Shown here in pieces: positions 41,014 to 50,759 of a stretch of DNA of 64,000 nucleotides; the stretch's first letter is position 1, and every line of letters starts with the position of its first letter. A program made the position numbers and the translations under genes. The stretch comes from Obrimoposthia wandeli (lineage: Eukaryota): the NCBI GenBank assembly GCA_977020255.1, contig CDROCS010001360.1, forward strand, positions 558,001 to 622,000, read 5' to 3'. A model generated the notes under the pieces. It did not search any database and was not told where the DNA came from. It was given only the letters and a program-made list of their open reading frames with translations.

Positions 41014-43269
41014 TTAGACTTTCTCTTCTACTTCTAATTTAGTGTATGCAAAAGTAAATTCATTTTTTGTAAAATCTATTTTTACAGTACCACCATCTTT
41101 TAATTCTCCAAAAAGAATCTCATCTGTAAGTGGTATTTTAATTTTGTCACTAATTACTCTTTGTAATGGACGTGCGCCCATAAGTTTATCGTAACCTAAT
41201 CTTGCCAACTCTTTTTTTGCTTTCATTGAAAGTGAGATTTGGATATTTTTGTCTGATAAACTATTTTCTAAATCTTTAATAAATTTTGTAACAATTTTGA
41301 TTAAAATTGGTTCTGTAAGTGAGATAAATTTAACTGTAGCATCAAGTCTATTTCTAAACTCTGGTGCAAAGAATTTTTTCACAGCTTTGTCTTCATTGAT
41401 TCCATCATCTTTTGCAAATCCCATAACACTAGCTTGAGTTGCACCTAAATTTGATGTCATAATAAGTATTACATTTTGGAAGTCTGCTTTTGTACCATTG
41501 TTATCTGTTAATGTTGCATTGTCCATCACTTGTAGTAATAAACTCATTAAATCTGGATGTGCTTTTTCTATCTCATCTAGTAGTAAAACTGTGTGAGGGT
41601 GTTTTTTAATAGCTTCTGTTAATAAACCACCTTTTTCATATCCTACGTAACCAGCAGGTGCACCTATTAGACGACTCACTGTATGAGCTTCACCATATTC
41701 ACTCATGTCGAATCTTTCGAAGTGGATACCCATAACACCAGCTAATTCTTTAGCAACTTCTGTTTTCCCTACACCAGTGCTTCCTGTAAATAGAAAACTT
41801 CCTACAGGTTTATTTTCAACACCCATACCGGCGCGGTTTATCTTAATAGCTTTAACTATAGTTTCTATTGCTAAGTCTTGTCCAAATACTCTTTTTTGTA
41901 AGTTACTTTGTAGCTTTTTTAGAAGAGATAAATCTGATGATGTAGCAGTTTTTGGTGGAATTTGAGCAATACTCGAAATTGTTTTTTCTACATCTTTAGC
42001 AGTGATTCTAATATTCTTTTTAGATTTTTTCTCTAATTTTATAGTTGCCCCAACTTCATCAATAACATCAATGGCACTATCTGGTAAAAACCTATCATTA
42101 ATAAATTTTTTACTTAATTCAGCTGCTAATTGCAAACTTTCATCACTATATGTAATCCCATGGAACTCTTCATATTTATCTTTTAAACCATGTAGAATAA
42201 TCACACAATCTTCAATTGATGGTTCTTGTATATCAACTTTTGCAAATCTTCTACTAAATGCTTTGTCTTTTCCAAAGTCGTTTCTATATTCTTCATACGT
42301 TGTTGCACCAATCACTCTTAATTTTCCACTACTGAGCATTGGTTTTAAGATATTTGATGCATCCATTGTACTACCACTAACTGCACCAGCACCTACAACG
42401 GTATGTATTTCATCAATAAATAAAACTGCATTTTTCTTTTTACTTACTTCTTTTAATACAGCTTTTAATTTCTTTTCAAAATCTCCACGGTATTTTGTCC
42501 CAGCTAGCATTGATCCCATATCCAGAGAATATACTTTTGCATCAATTAAAAAATCAGGTACTTCACTGTTCGCAATAGCTAAAGCTAAACCTTCTGCAAT
42601 AGCAGTTTTACCTACACCTGTTTCTCCTAATAAAATAGGATTGTTTTTCTTTCTTCGTGCTAAAATCTCAATTACTCGATTGATCTCTTTTGTTCGATTG
42701 ATAACAGGATCAATTTTACCATCCAGTGCTAGAGCTACAAGTTCTTCACTATTTTCTTCTAATGGTGTCTCATCTTTGAGTTTCTTTTTATCAAGTTTTT
42801 GAAAATCAATCTCTTCAAACTCTGCATCCTCTTCACCTTGAGATTCTCCATGACTGATTTCCTCTAATATATCTATTCTCTCTAAACCTTGTTCTTGTAA
42901 TAAATATGTACAATATGCAGATTCATCTTTTAATATATATACAAACATATCTTCGACAGTAGATTCTGATTTTCCAGATAATGATGAGTGTGATATCATT
43001 TGTTCAATAGTATGTGTTAATGTTACAGTTTCTAATGGATCTTCATTAACCATCTCTTCTGGATATTGTGGAGTGTTTTTTAGAATATAATCTTTTAATC
43101 GCGCATTTAAAGAATCAATATCCATTTCCATTTGTTTAAATAGTTCGGCTATGGATTTTGATTTGAGTAGGTATACAAAAATATGTTCAGTTGTGATATA
43201 TTCATGATTATTGGCACGGGCATAATTTACTGCATCTGTAAATACTTTTTGTAATTTTTTACTTATCAT
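41014..43269 (-). CDS. clpA: ATP-dependent Clp protease ATP-binding subunit ClpA
   Basis: Two AAA+ modules (GETGVGKT, GSTGVGKT), FIDEIH, LLDEIEKAH; follows clpS. Confidence 0.97.
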   Translation of the reverse strand: MISKKLQKVFTDAVNYARANNHEYITTEHIFVYLLKSKSIAELFKQMEMDIDSLNARLKDYILKNTPQYPEEMVNEDPLETVTLTHTIEQMISHSSLSGKSESTVEDMFVYILKDESAYCTYLLQEQGLERIDILEEISHGESQGEEDAEFEEIDFQKLDKKKLKDETPLEENSEELVALALDGKIDPVINRTKEINRVIEILARRKKNNPILLGETGVGKTAIAEGLALAIANSEVPDFLIDAKVYSLDMGSMLAGTKYRGDFEKKLKAVLKEVSKKKNAVLFIDEIHTVVGAGAVSGSTMDASNILKPMLSSGKLRVIGATTYEEYRNDFGKDKAFSRRFAKVDIQEPSIEDCVIILHGLKDKYEEFHGITYSDESLQLAAELSKKFINDRFLPDSAIDVIDEVGATIKLEKKSKKNIRITAKDVEKTISSIAQIPPKTATSSDLSLLKKLQSNLQKRVFGQDLAIETIVKAIKINRAGMGVENKPVGSFLFTGSTGVGKTEVAKELAGVMGIHFERFDMSEYGEAHTVSRLIGAPAGYVGYEKGGLLTEAIKKHPHTVLLLDEIEKAHPDLMSLLLQVMDNATLTDNNGTKADFQNVILIMTSNLGATQASVMGFAKDDGINEDKAVKKFFAPEFRNRLDATVKFISLTEPILIKIVTKFIKDLENSLSDKNIQISLSMKAKKELARLGYDKLMGARPLQRVISDKIKIPLTDEILFGELKDGGTVKIDFTKNEFTFAYTKLEVEEKV

Positions 43270-43272
43270 ATT

Positions 43273-43569
43273 TTATTCCTCTTCGGCAATAGCTTTTAAT
43301 GGAAATTTTTCTTTTCGTGCCATTGTTTTTACTTGTGCAACTTTAGTAAGTGCAATTTCTTTAGTATATATACCACAAATTGCTTTTCCATTAGTATGAA
43401 CATTTAACATTATTGTTTCTGATTCTTCAAGTGTTTTTCTGAATACTTTAGTAAGTATTTCAATTACAAACTCCATTGTAGAAAAATCATCATTAAGTAA
43501 TAATACTTTGTATTTTTTTGGTTCTTCTAATTCTAAATCACTTTCTACTTCATATTTATAACTTGCCAT
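43273..43569 (-). CDS. clpS: Clp adaptor ClpS
   Basis: YKVLLLNDDFSTMEFV, MLNVHTNG, FPLKA. Confidence 0.96.
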   Translation of the reverse strand: MASYKYEVESDLELEEPKKYKVLLLNDDFSTMEFVIEILTKVFRKTLEESETIMLNVHTNGKAICGIYTKEIALTKVAQVKTMARKEKFPLKAIAEEE

Positions 43570-43583
43570 TTATAATAATACCT

Positions 43584-45197
43584 TTATTTTAATTTACATT
43601 TAGTAGCTTTTTCTATAAGACGTCTTGCTACTAGTTCATATTCATGCACAAAAGCATCGATGTGTAGGTCTTCAAAATCATCAAATTGTGATTCGTGAGA
43701 TATTTTTACAGTTACTGAAATATTTGGATCAATATTTTTAATAGTTTGTGTAATTAGTCTGATTTTTTCATCATTATCAATCGCAATAATAACTCCAATT
43801 GCATCTTTAATGAATAAAGAATTTAACATAGTTTTAGATGCAGCATTTCCAAAGAAAACAATATCTCCTTTTTCATGACCTTGTTTTACATGTTGTCTTT
43901 CATGTTCAATCGCAACATAATTAATACCAACAGCTTTAAGTTTTTTAACGATTTTTTGTCCTAACAAAGAGTATCCACATACAATAATATGATCTTTAAT
44001 ACCTGCATTTGTCATAACTGGTTCTTCAATAATATCTTGACCCTCTTTATTAAATAATTTTACAAAACTTCTTACGTGTCGAATAGCTAAAGATGTGAAT
44101 AATAACGATAAAATTACTACTGAAATCATGATTTGGTTTAATTGCTCATCTAATAATTGATTTGTACTTGCAAGTGCTAAAACAGCAAATGAAAATTCAC
44201 CAACCTGCGCTAGTGTAAGAGCTGTTTTAAACGATCTACTTGCTGTGTTGAAAAATCTAAGTATTGCAAAAATGATGACTACTTTAATTGCTAAAATTAC
44301 GGCTGTTAATGCAACTATTGTAAAGAAATTATCGATTACTGCTGTAAAATTAACTTGCATACCAACTGATATGAAAAATACACCCAATAAAATATCTCTA
44401 AAAGGAACAAGATCTGCTTCTATTTGATATTTATACTTAGTTTCAGCAATCAGCATCCCTGCTATAAAAGCACCTAATGAGTAAGAAAATCCAAATGTAT
44501 ATGCTAATAATGCCGAACTTAAGACAATAAGAATAATAGATAAAATAAATAATTCTTCAATTTTAGTATCTACTACATAGGCTAAAAATAGTTCAATTAT
44601 ATATTTTCCTAAAATAAATAAAATGATACCTACTATAATTGCAGAATAAAATGTATTTAAAAGGATTTCATCAAGTGAAACAGATGAGTCTGCTAATATT
44701 GTAATCATTAATAAAATTGGGATGACAGCTAAATCTTGAAATATTAAAATTCCAACACTATTTCTACCATACGGCCTATGAATATCTCCATTTTCATTTA
44801 AAGTTTTTAATACGATTGCAGTTGAAGAAAGAGCTAAAGCAGAACCTATAATAATAGATGTCTTCATATCTAACCCAAAAATGATATTTGTTATATATGT
44901 GAAGATAACTGTTGTAAGTCCAACTTGTAAAGTACCAAATACAAAAACTTCTTTTTTCATTTGTTTTAAGTGAGGTAATGAAAATTCGAGACCAATTGTA
45001 AACATTAAAAAAACGATACCAAACTCTGCAATATGTGCAATGTAACTTTGGTTTACGTGTGCAAGGTCAGTAAAAAATGCAACTATCATTCCAGTGAAAA
45101 TATATCCTACAATAGGTGATACATTGATTTTTTTAAGAATCAAACTTAATACTAACGATAAAAATAATGTAGCGACAATTATTGTCAAAATATCCAT
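43584..45197 (-). CDS. CPA2 cation:proton antiporter with TrkA-N domain (KefB/KefC-like)
   Basis: About 12 TMs; AEFGIVFLMFTIGLEFS, LALSSTAI, QVGEFSF; HIIVCGY...VFFGNA. Confidence 0.93.
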   Translation of the reverse strand: MDILTIIVATLFLSLVLSLILKKINVSPIVGYIFTGMIVAFFTDLAHVNQSYIAHIAEFGIVFLMFTIGLEFSLPHLKQMKKEVFVFGTLQVGLTTVIFTYITNIIFGLDMKTSIIIGSALALSSTAIVLKTLNENGDIHRPYGRNSVGILIFQDLAVIPILLMITILADSSVSLDEILLNTFYSAIIVGIILFILGKYIIELFLAYVVDTKIEELFILSIILIVLSSALLAYTFGFSYSLGAFIAGMLIAETKYKYQIEADLVPFRDILLGVFFISVGMQVNFTAVIDNFFTIVALTAVILAIKVVIIFAILRFFNTASRSFKTALTLAQVGEFSFAVLALASTNQLLDEQLNQIMISVVILSLLFTSLAIRHVRSFVKLFNKEGQDIIEEPVMTNAGIKDHIIVCGYSLLGQKIVKKLKAVGINYVAIEHERQHVKQGHEKGDIVFFGNAASKTMLNSLFIKDAIGVIIAIDNDEKIRLITQTIKNIDPNISVTVKISHESQFDDFEDLHIDAFVHEYELVARRLIEKATKCKLK

Positions 45198-45283
45198 TCA
45201 AAACCTCTTCATTTATAATTATGTGAATTTAACATAATTTTTTGTATAATGAACTTAAAAGTAGATACTAAAGGGAATATTGT

Positions 45284-45664
45284 ATGAAATATGGTGAAAA
45301 AGAGATTCGAGAATTCGATATAAATGCAGAAGAAAATTACTGGCCAAATCAACACAAAAAAAATTATACTATAAATATTGATTTACCAGAGTTTATGTGT
45401 TTGTGTCCAAGAAGTGGATATCCAGATTTTGCAACAATCAAATTAGAATATGTTCCAAATGACAAAGTTGTAGAGTTAAAAGCTATAAAATTATATATAA
45501 ATTCATTTATGCATAGAGAAATATCTCATGAAAATAGCGCAAATGAAATATATGATACATTATATAAAAATCTTAATCCTAAGAAAATGAAAATAATTGC
45601 TGATTATAACCCTAGAGGTAATGTACACACAGTTATTACAGTTGATAGTGAAGATAACAAGTAG
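45284..45664 (+). CDS. queF: preQ0 reductase (short type)
   Basis: PEFMCLCPRSGYPDFA, VELKAIKLY, HENSAN, PRGNV. Confidence 0.95.
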   Translation: MKYGEKEIREFDINAEENYWPNQHKKNYTINIDLPEFMCLCPRSGYPDFATIKLEYVPNDKVVELKAIKLYINSFMHREISHENSANEIYDTLYKNLNPKKMKIIADYNPRGNVHTVITVDSEDNK

Positions 45665-45675
45665 GACTTGAAGTT

Positions 45676-46302
45676 TTGAAAAAACTAGTTTCAAGTAATG
45701 AAGCCGCTCAAATATTAGGATTATCCCTTCAAGGGATACATTACCGTATAAAAAAAGGGCAACTTGAATCTATAAAAAAAGATGGAAAAATCTTTGTTTA
45801 CATTGATAATACACAAGTAAAAATCAATCAACCATCAACACCTGTACAATCACAAGTTACAAATAATTATAAACATTTAGAAGATAAGATATTAGAATCA
45901 AAAGATGAACAAATTCATCTTTTGAAAAAAACTATCAAATTTATGAAAAACCAATACACAAGTGAGATTAGTCGTTTAGATAAAAATCAAACTCAAGTAT
46001 TACAAGTATTTCAAAGTGAAGTAGATCTTTTAAAAAGTGCTTTTAATGAGATGCGAAATATTTATAAAATCGATCATAATGCAACTCTACAAACTACACA
46101 ATCAGAACCTACTGAAAATCAGAAAATGGAATTTATGGATATAAAAGATTTTTTTAAATTTATGAAAAACTACAATAAAACTGATACTCAAATAAAAAGT
46201 ATAATTTTAGATAAAGTAAAGAGTGGAGATAAGAGGTTTCTTTATAACAGAAACTCTAAAGAGATTCTGATTTATAAAAGTGATTTTTTAGATATTATTT
46301 AG
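45676..46302 (+). CDS. N-terminal HTH DNA-binding protein with coiled coil
   Basis: TTG start; EAAQILGLSLQGIHYRIKKG MerR/excisionase-like HTH. Confidence 0.75.
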   Translation: MKKLVSSNEAAQILGLSLQGIHYRIKKGQLESIKKDGKIFVYIDNTQVKINQPSTPVQSQVTNNYKHLEDKILESKDEQIHLLKKTIKFMKNQYTSEISRLDKNQTQVLQVFQSEVDLLKSAFNEMRNIYKIDHNATLQTTQSEPTENQKMEFMDIKDFFKFMKNYNKTDTQIKSIILDKVKSGDKRFLYNRNSKEILIYKSDFLDII

Positions 46303-46616
46303 TTTCCTACACTTACTGTACAATTTTTTAAAATATCTGGTTTCGTAATTTTAACTTTTAGTTTCTTGATTTTAAACTCTTTTGTTAATGCACGATCAAG
46401 ATAAATAATTGCATCTTCAATTAGTAAGAATTTTTCTTTTTTCATAATCATTTTTGCCATATTTGCTACATGACTATAATCAATAAACTCTTTTTGACCT
46501 TTAGTGAATTTGTAAGAAAAAGAGATGTCTAATATAACTTTTTGTTTTGTTATTCTTTCAAAATCTAAAATACCTATGATAGTTTTAAATGTCAAACTAT
46601 CTATAGATACTTTCAT
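46299..46616 (-). CDS. folB: Dihydroneopterin aldolase
   Basis: IIGILDFERITKQKV, IDYS, KITKPDIL; ATG 46616 preferred to the upstream start inside plsY. Confidence 0.88.
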   Translation of the reverse strand: MKVSIDSLTFKTIIGILDFERITKQKVILDISFSYKFTKGQKEFIDYSHVANMAKMIMKKEKFLLIEDAIIYLDRALTKEFKIKKLKVKITKPDILKNCTVSVGN

Positions 46617-46629
46617 AGTAGTTGATGAA

Positions 46630-47253
46630 TTAAGCAACTTTACTCTCTTCACCTTTTACAAGCCTAACGATATTTGGTATATGTTTGTAAAATATGATAA
46701 AAGTAATGATATACATTGGTGCATTAGAATCTATGCCTAATCCGTTAGTTAAAACTATAGCAGATATTACTACTCCGATAAGACCTAATAATGAAGATAT
46801 AGAAGATATTTTTAATACTTTTGCACAAAATCCCCAAACTAAAGCTCCGATAATAGTAGGAATAGGAATAAGAACTAAAAATACACCAAGTCCAGTTGCA
46901 ACACCTTTTCCACCTTCAAAACTTAAATAAATACTATAACAATGACCAAGTACAGAAATAACTGCAATAGCCCATAATGTTTCAGAACTCATTCCATAAG
47001 CCATCGCAGCTAAAATTACAATAGCACCTTTAATTGCATCTAATAAAACAGTTGCAATTCCCAGTTTTTTTGCTAGAGCAGGATTAGTTTCTTTAACAAC
47101 TCTTAAAACGTTAGTCGCACCAATACTTTTACTACCAGATTCTTGTACATTAACTCCAGCAAACTTTTTTGCAAGAATTAATCCAAAGGGAATTGACCCT
47201 ATTAAATAAGCTAAAATATAAAATATAATGTTTGGATTTGTGAAAAAGTCCAT
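46630..47253 (-). CDS. plsY: Glycerol-3-phosphate acyltransferase PlsY
   Basis: YLIGSIPFG, GSKSIGATNVLR, GHCYS..FEGGKGVAT, KHIPNIVRL. Confidence 0.96.
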   Translation of the reverse strand: MDFFTNPNIIFYILAYLIGSIPFGLILAKKFAGVNVQESGSKSIGATNVLRVVKETNPALAKKLGIATVLLDAIKGAIVILAAMAYGMSSETLWAIAVISVLGHCYSIYLSFEGGKGVATGLGVFLVLIPIPTIIGALVWGFCAKVLKISSISSLLGLIGVVISAIVLTNGLGIDSNAPMYIITFIIFYKHIPNIVRLVKGEESKVA

Positions 47254-47346
47254 AAAATTCCTTTGTATTAATTACGGTATTTTATCTAAATATTGTTTTA
47301 TTCATAATTAACATTAATTTTATATATTATATCTAACGCTGGAAAG

Positions 47347-47359
47347 TTTAAGATATAAT
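47347..47359 (+). promoter_or_regulatory. Sigma70-type promoter for nadAC
   Basis: TTTAAGA-TATAAT about 155 nt upstream of the nadA ATG. Confidence 0.5.
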
Positions 47360-47514
47360 CCGAAAATAGGAAATTTTGATATATTAAGAATAGTTGTATA
47401 GATATAAATGTAACATTTATCAAGAAAATAGAGATAAATTGACGTTTATAATATCTATATATAACTATTAATTTGATATATTTACATATATAGAAAGTTT
47501 AGGAAATAAAACAG

Positions 47515-48507
47515 ATGAATTTTAAAGAAGAGATTGAAAAGTTAAAAAAAGAACTTGATGTTGCTATTGTTGCTCATTTTTATCAAAAAGATGAAGTATT
47601 TGATATGGCAGATATAACAGGGGATAGCTTAGAACTCGCAAAAAGAGGGATGGCAGCACCACAAAAAAATATTATTTTTTGTGGGGTTGGTTTTATGGGA
47701 CAAAGTTTAAAAGTACTTGCCCCAGAAAAAAGAGTAATGATGCCAAAAATTGCCTGTTGTGCAATGGCAAAAATGATTGATGTTCAATATTTTAAAGAAA
47801 ATTTGAAAACATTAAATGATGCGGGAATATCAAATGATGATATTTTACCTATTTGTTACATTAATTGTTCTGCTGAAGTAAAAGCAGAAGTTGGTAAAAT
47901 GGGTGGTTCCGTATGTACTAGTTCAAATGCGTTTCAAATTATCACTAAAGGTCTTGAAAGTGGAAAGAAAATATTTTTTGTTCCTGATCGTTGTTTAGGT
48001 CAAAACTTTGCAAATCAAATGAAACTAAAATCTGCAGTTGTTGGAATTGATGATATAGAAGATGTTGTAAAAGCTGACATTATTTGTTTTAATGGATTCT
48101 GTTCTGTACATCAATTGTTTACTACAGATGACATAGATTTTTATAGAGAAAAATACCCTGATATTTTAGTGGCTGTTCATCCTGAATGTGATCCAGAAAT
48201 TGTTGCTAAAGCTGATTTTTCTGGCTCAACTTCTCAACTTATTCACTACATAACAAAAGAAATTTCACCTGATCAAAAAGTTGTTGTTGGAACTGAATTT
48301 AATATGGTAAATAGGTTACGTCCTAAGAATACATATGTATTAAGTTCTACAAAACCAGAATGTCCAACGATGAATGAAACAGTTATTGAAGATTTATATA
48401 ACAACTTGATTTCTATAAAAAATGGAACGTTTGAAAATGAAATTATTATTCCAGAAGAAACAGAAAAATATGCTAAAATGGCATTAGACAGAATGTTGGA
48501 GCTTTAA
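47515..48507 (+). CDS. nadA: Quinolinate synthase
   Basis: AHFYQ, TGDSLELA, FCGVGFM, CYINCSA, CTSSNA, CSVH, HPEC. Confidence 0.96.
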   Translation: MNFKEEIEKLKKELDVAIVAHFYQKDEVFDMADITGDSLELAKRGMAAPQKNIIFCGVGFMGQSLKVLAPEKRVMMPKIACCAMAKMIDVQYFKENLKTLNDAGISNDDILPICYINCSAEVKAEVGKMGGSVCTSSNAFQIITKGLESGKKIFFVPDRCLGQNFANQMKLKSAVVGIDDIEDVVKADIICFNGFCSVHQLFTTDDIDFYREKYPDILVAVHPECDPEIVAKADFSGSTSQLIHYITKEISPDQKVVVGTEFNMVNRLRPKNTYVLSSTKPECPTMNETVIEDLYNNLISIKNGTFENEIIIPEETEKYAKMALDRMLEL

Positions 48508-48509
48508 TC

Positions 48510-49334
48510 ATGGGTATAAATATAAGAAAATTTGTTAAAAATGCTATCGTTGAAGATAATGGTCGAGGTGATTTATTTTTTGATATAGCACCAAAAGGTA
48601 GATTCACAGCACGTGTTATTGCAAAAGATGAAGGTATTTTAGCTGGTGTTAAATATGCAAGAGTTTTAGCAAGAGCTGAAAAGTTTGATTGCAAGTTTTT
48701 AATAAAAGATGGAGAGACTGTATCTAAGGGTGATGTTATTGCTGAACTTGAAGGAAAAGCATCTGTTTTATTAAGTAGTGAAAGAACTTTTTTAAATTTA
48801 CTTCAACATGCATCAGGGATTGCAACAAGTGCTAATTCATATGCAAAACTGCTTGAAGGTAGTAGTGTTGTATTGTTAGATACGAGAAAAACAAGACCAC
48901 AATTAAGAAATTTTGAAAAGTATGCAAGTAGAGTTGGTGGTGCAATAAACCATAGACTTGGTCTTGATGATTGCTTAATGTTAAAAGATACTCATCTTAA
49001 AACAATTGATAATTTAGAAGAATTTGTAAAAAAAGCTAGAAAAAGAATATCTTGGGTTACAAAAATTGAAATTGAATGTGAGACTTTTTCTCAAGTTCAA
49101 GAAGCAATGCATGCGGGTGCTGATATTATTATGTGTGATAATATGTCTCCGGATCAAATTAAAGAGGTTGCAGTTTTTAGAGATGATAAGTATCCTCATA
49201 TTTTACTTGAAGCAAGTGGAAATATAACACAAAAAACAATTGAATCATATTTAGATACAGGAATAAATGCTATTAGTAGTGGGAGTATTATTCATCAAGC
49301 TACTTGGTTAGATTTTTCAATGAAGTTTGATTAG
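48510..49334 (+). CDS. nadC: Quinolinate phosphoribosyltransferase
   Basis: DTRKTRP, NHRLGLDD, LKDTH, IEIECE, DNM, EASG. Confidence 0.97.
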   Translation: MGINIRKFVKNAIVEDNGRGDLFFDIAPKGRFTARVIAKDEGILAGVKYARVLARAEKFDCKFLIKDGETVSKGDVIAELEGKASVLLSSERTFLNLLQHASGIATSANSYAKLLEGSSVVLLDTRKTRPQLRNFEKYASRVGGAINHRLGLDDCLMLKDTHLKTIDNLEEFVKKARKRISWVTKIEIECETFSQVQEAMHAGADIIMCDNMSPDQIKEVAVFRDDKYPHILLEASGNITQKTIESYLDTGINAISSGSIIHQATWLDFSMKFD

Positions 49335-49354
49335 TAAAATTTTACTTGGAAAAT

Positions 49355-49390
49355 AAAAAAGCCGTATTCAATTTGAATATGGCTTTTTTT
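49355..49390. terminator. Bidirectional intrinsic terminator between nadC and pgpA
   Basis: A6-GCCGTATTCA-ATT-TGAATATGGC-T7. Confidence 0.88.
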
Positions 49391-49406
49391 ATTGAAAATC
49401 TATTCT

Positions 49407-49862
49407 TTAAAATAGTAAATAATAGGTCATACTTGTAGATAGACCGGCAAATAATCCAGCAACCATATCATCACCCATTACTCCCCATCCACCTTTAATA
49501 TCTCTATCTATTTTTCCTATAATCGAAGGTTTCCAGATATCAAAAATTCTAAAATAAACAAATGCTAATCCTGCAATGATATAATTATCTGAAGTTGCAC
49601 TAGCAATTCCTAATGCAATCCACATACCAGCAAGCTCATCAATAACGATTTCTGAACCATCATGTGCTCCTACTTCTTTTTCATAGATATCTATTTGTTT
49701 TACTGCAAATGCAGAGATTAATAATGCCAATAAAAATAGTGTAGTAATACTTATATATTTCAATAATAAAAGAGCAAGAATTAAAGAAACAAAACTTCCT
49801 ACAGTCCCAGGTGCTTTTGGACTTAGTCCACTATATCCCAGTGTTAAAAAGAACTTTCTCAT
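49407..49862 (-). CDS. pgpA: Phosphatidylglycerophosphatase A
   Basis: SPKAPGTVGS, HDGSEIVIDELAG, FRIFDIWKP, GVMGDD. Confidence 0.96.
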   Translation of the reverse strand: MRKFFLTLGYSGLSPKAPGTVGSFVSLILALLLLKYISITTLFLLALLISAFAVKQIDIYEKEVGAHDGSEIVIDELAGMWIALGIASATSDNYIIAGLAFVYFRIFDIWKPSIIGKIDRDIKGGWGVMGDDMVAGLFAGLSTSMTYYLLF

Positions 49863-50759
49863 TTAGTTACCTCTATTTTTTTCGATACCGAATTTTTTTC
49901 TTTTTTCCCAAAGAGATTTTCTGCTAATACCCAATCTTCTACTAAGTTCTGTATCAGGGTATTTATTTTGAAAACTTACTACCATAAGTTTTACATAGTC
50001 ATTAATTGTTAAGATAGAATCTACTACTGATAATTTATTTTTTGATTCAATAGCAATTTTAGGATATTTGATCTCACCAATATCTTCTAGAGAACAAATA
50101 ATAACATCATAATCAGATATTGTATTTAGAATTAGTTCTTTTGATGCTTTTTTTGCATAATGAAAATCATAAATATATAGTAATTCATGTCTAAAATCAT
50201 CAGGATTTACTTTTGTATGTTTTTCCAAAGAGATGAACTTAATTGTTTTATTCAACTTTTTTGCAACATCAAATACAATTTTATCTGCAATTCTTTGGTC
50301 TTTTGTTTCTATTGCAAAAGGTAAAGATTTTGGTACATCTTCTTTGTGCTCTATATTGTTAAATGCAAAGTTAATATAGTTTTCTAGATTAATGTTATTT
50401 TGTTTTAATCTCTTAAATTCATCATAATGATATATTTTTCTTACTAGTTCATCCATAATAAAAGGTTTTACGATGTAATCACTTGCCCCATCTTTTAATG
50501 GTTTAGTTACTGTGGTATCATTGATGTATGAAACTAGCAAAATAACAATACTAGTTTTGAAGTGCATAATTATTTTATGTACGTCACTACTACTAATATT
50601 TGTAGAGAGTAAAACTGCATCATAATCTGTTTCAAATTGAATCTCTTTGATATTTGACACATGTGTACAGTTATTACCTTCTTCTTGCAATCTCATAGCA
50701 ACTTTTTGTGCTAAATAAACTTCTTCATCTAATATTAGTATATTCATTTTTTCGTCCAA
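49863..50759 (-). CDS. cemR: Atypical response regulator, HP1021/Cj1608 (CemR) family
   Basis: 298 aa; receiver with Ser at the phosphoacceptor position (VLLSTN); C-terminal Fis-like HTH (ELSRRLGISRKSLWEKRK); follows ispDF. Confidence 0.85.
   Translation of the reverse strand: MDEKMNILILDEEVYLAQKVAMRLQEEGNNCTHVSNIKEIQFETDYDAVLLSTNISSSDVHKIIMHFKTSIVILLVSYINDTTVTKPLKDGASDYIVKPFIMDELVRKIYHYDEFKRLKQNNINLENYINFAFNNIEHKEDVPKSLPFAIETKDQRIADKIVFDVAKKLNKTIKFISLEKHTKVNPDDFRHELLYIYDFHYAKKASKELILNTISDYDVIICSLEDIGEIKYPKIAIESKNKLSVVDSILTINDYVKLMVVSFQNKYPDTELSRRLGISRKSLWEKRKKFGIEKNRGN

Noticed and set aside
42002-42802. 266-aa plus-strand ORF
   Set aside because: Antisense shadow of clpA; no RBS or motif. 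The same applies to the other short opposite-strand ORFs inside conserved genes, such as 5439-5795, 18724-19164, 28925-29401 and 59802-60401.
45198-45283. preQ1 riboswitch upstream of queF
   Set aside because: No matching stem-loop with an A-rich pseudoknot tail; only a -10 box and RBS are visible.
46617-46652. Longer folB start given in the track
   Set aside because: The extension overlaps plsY; the ATG at 46616 gives a normal-length FolB.
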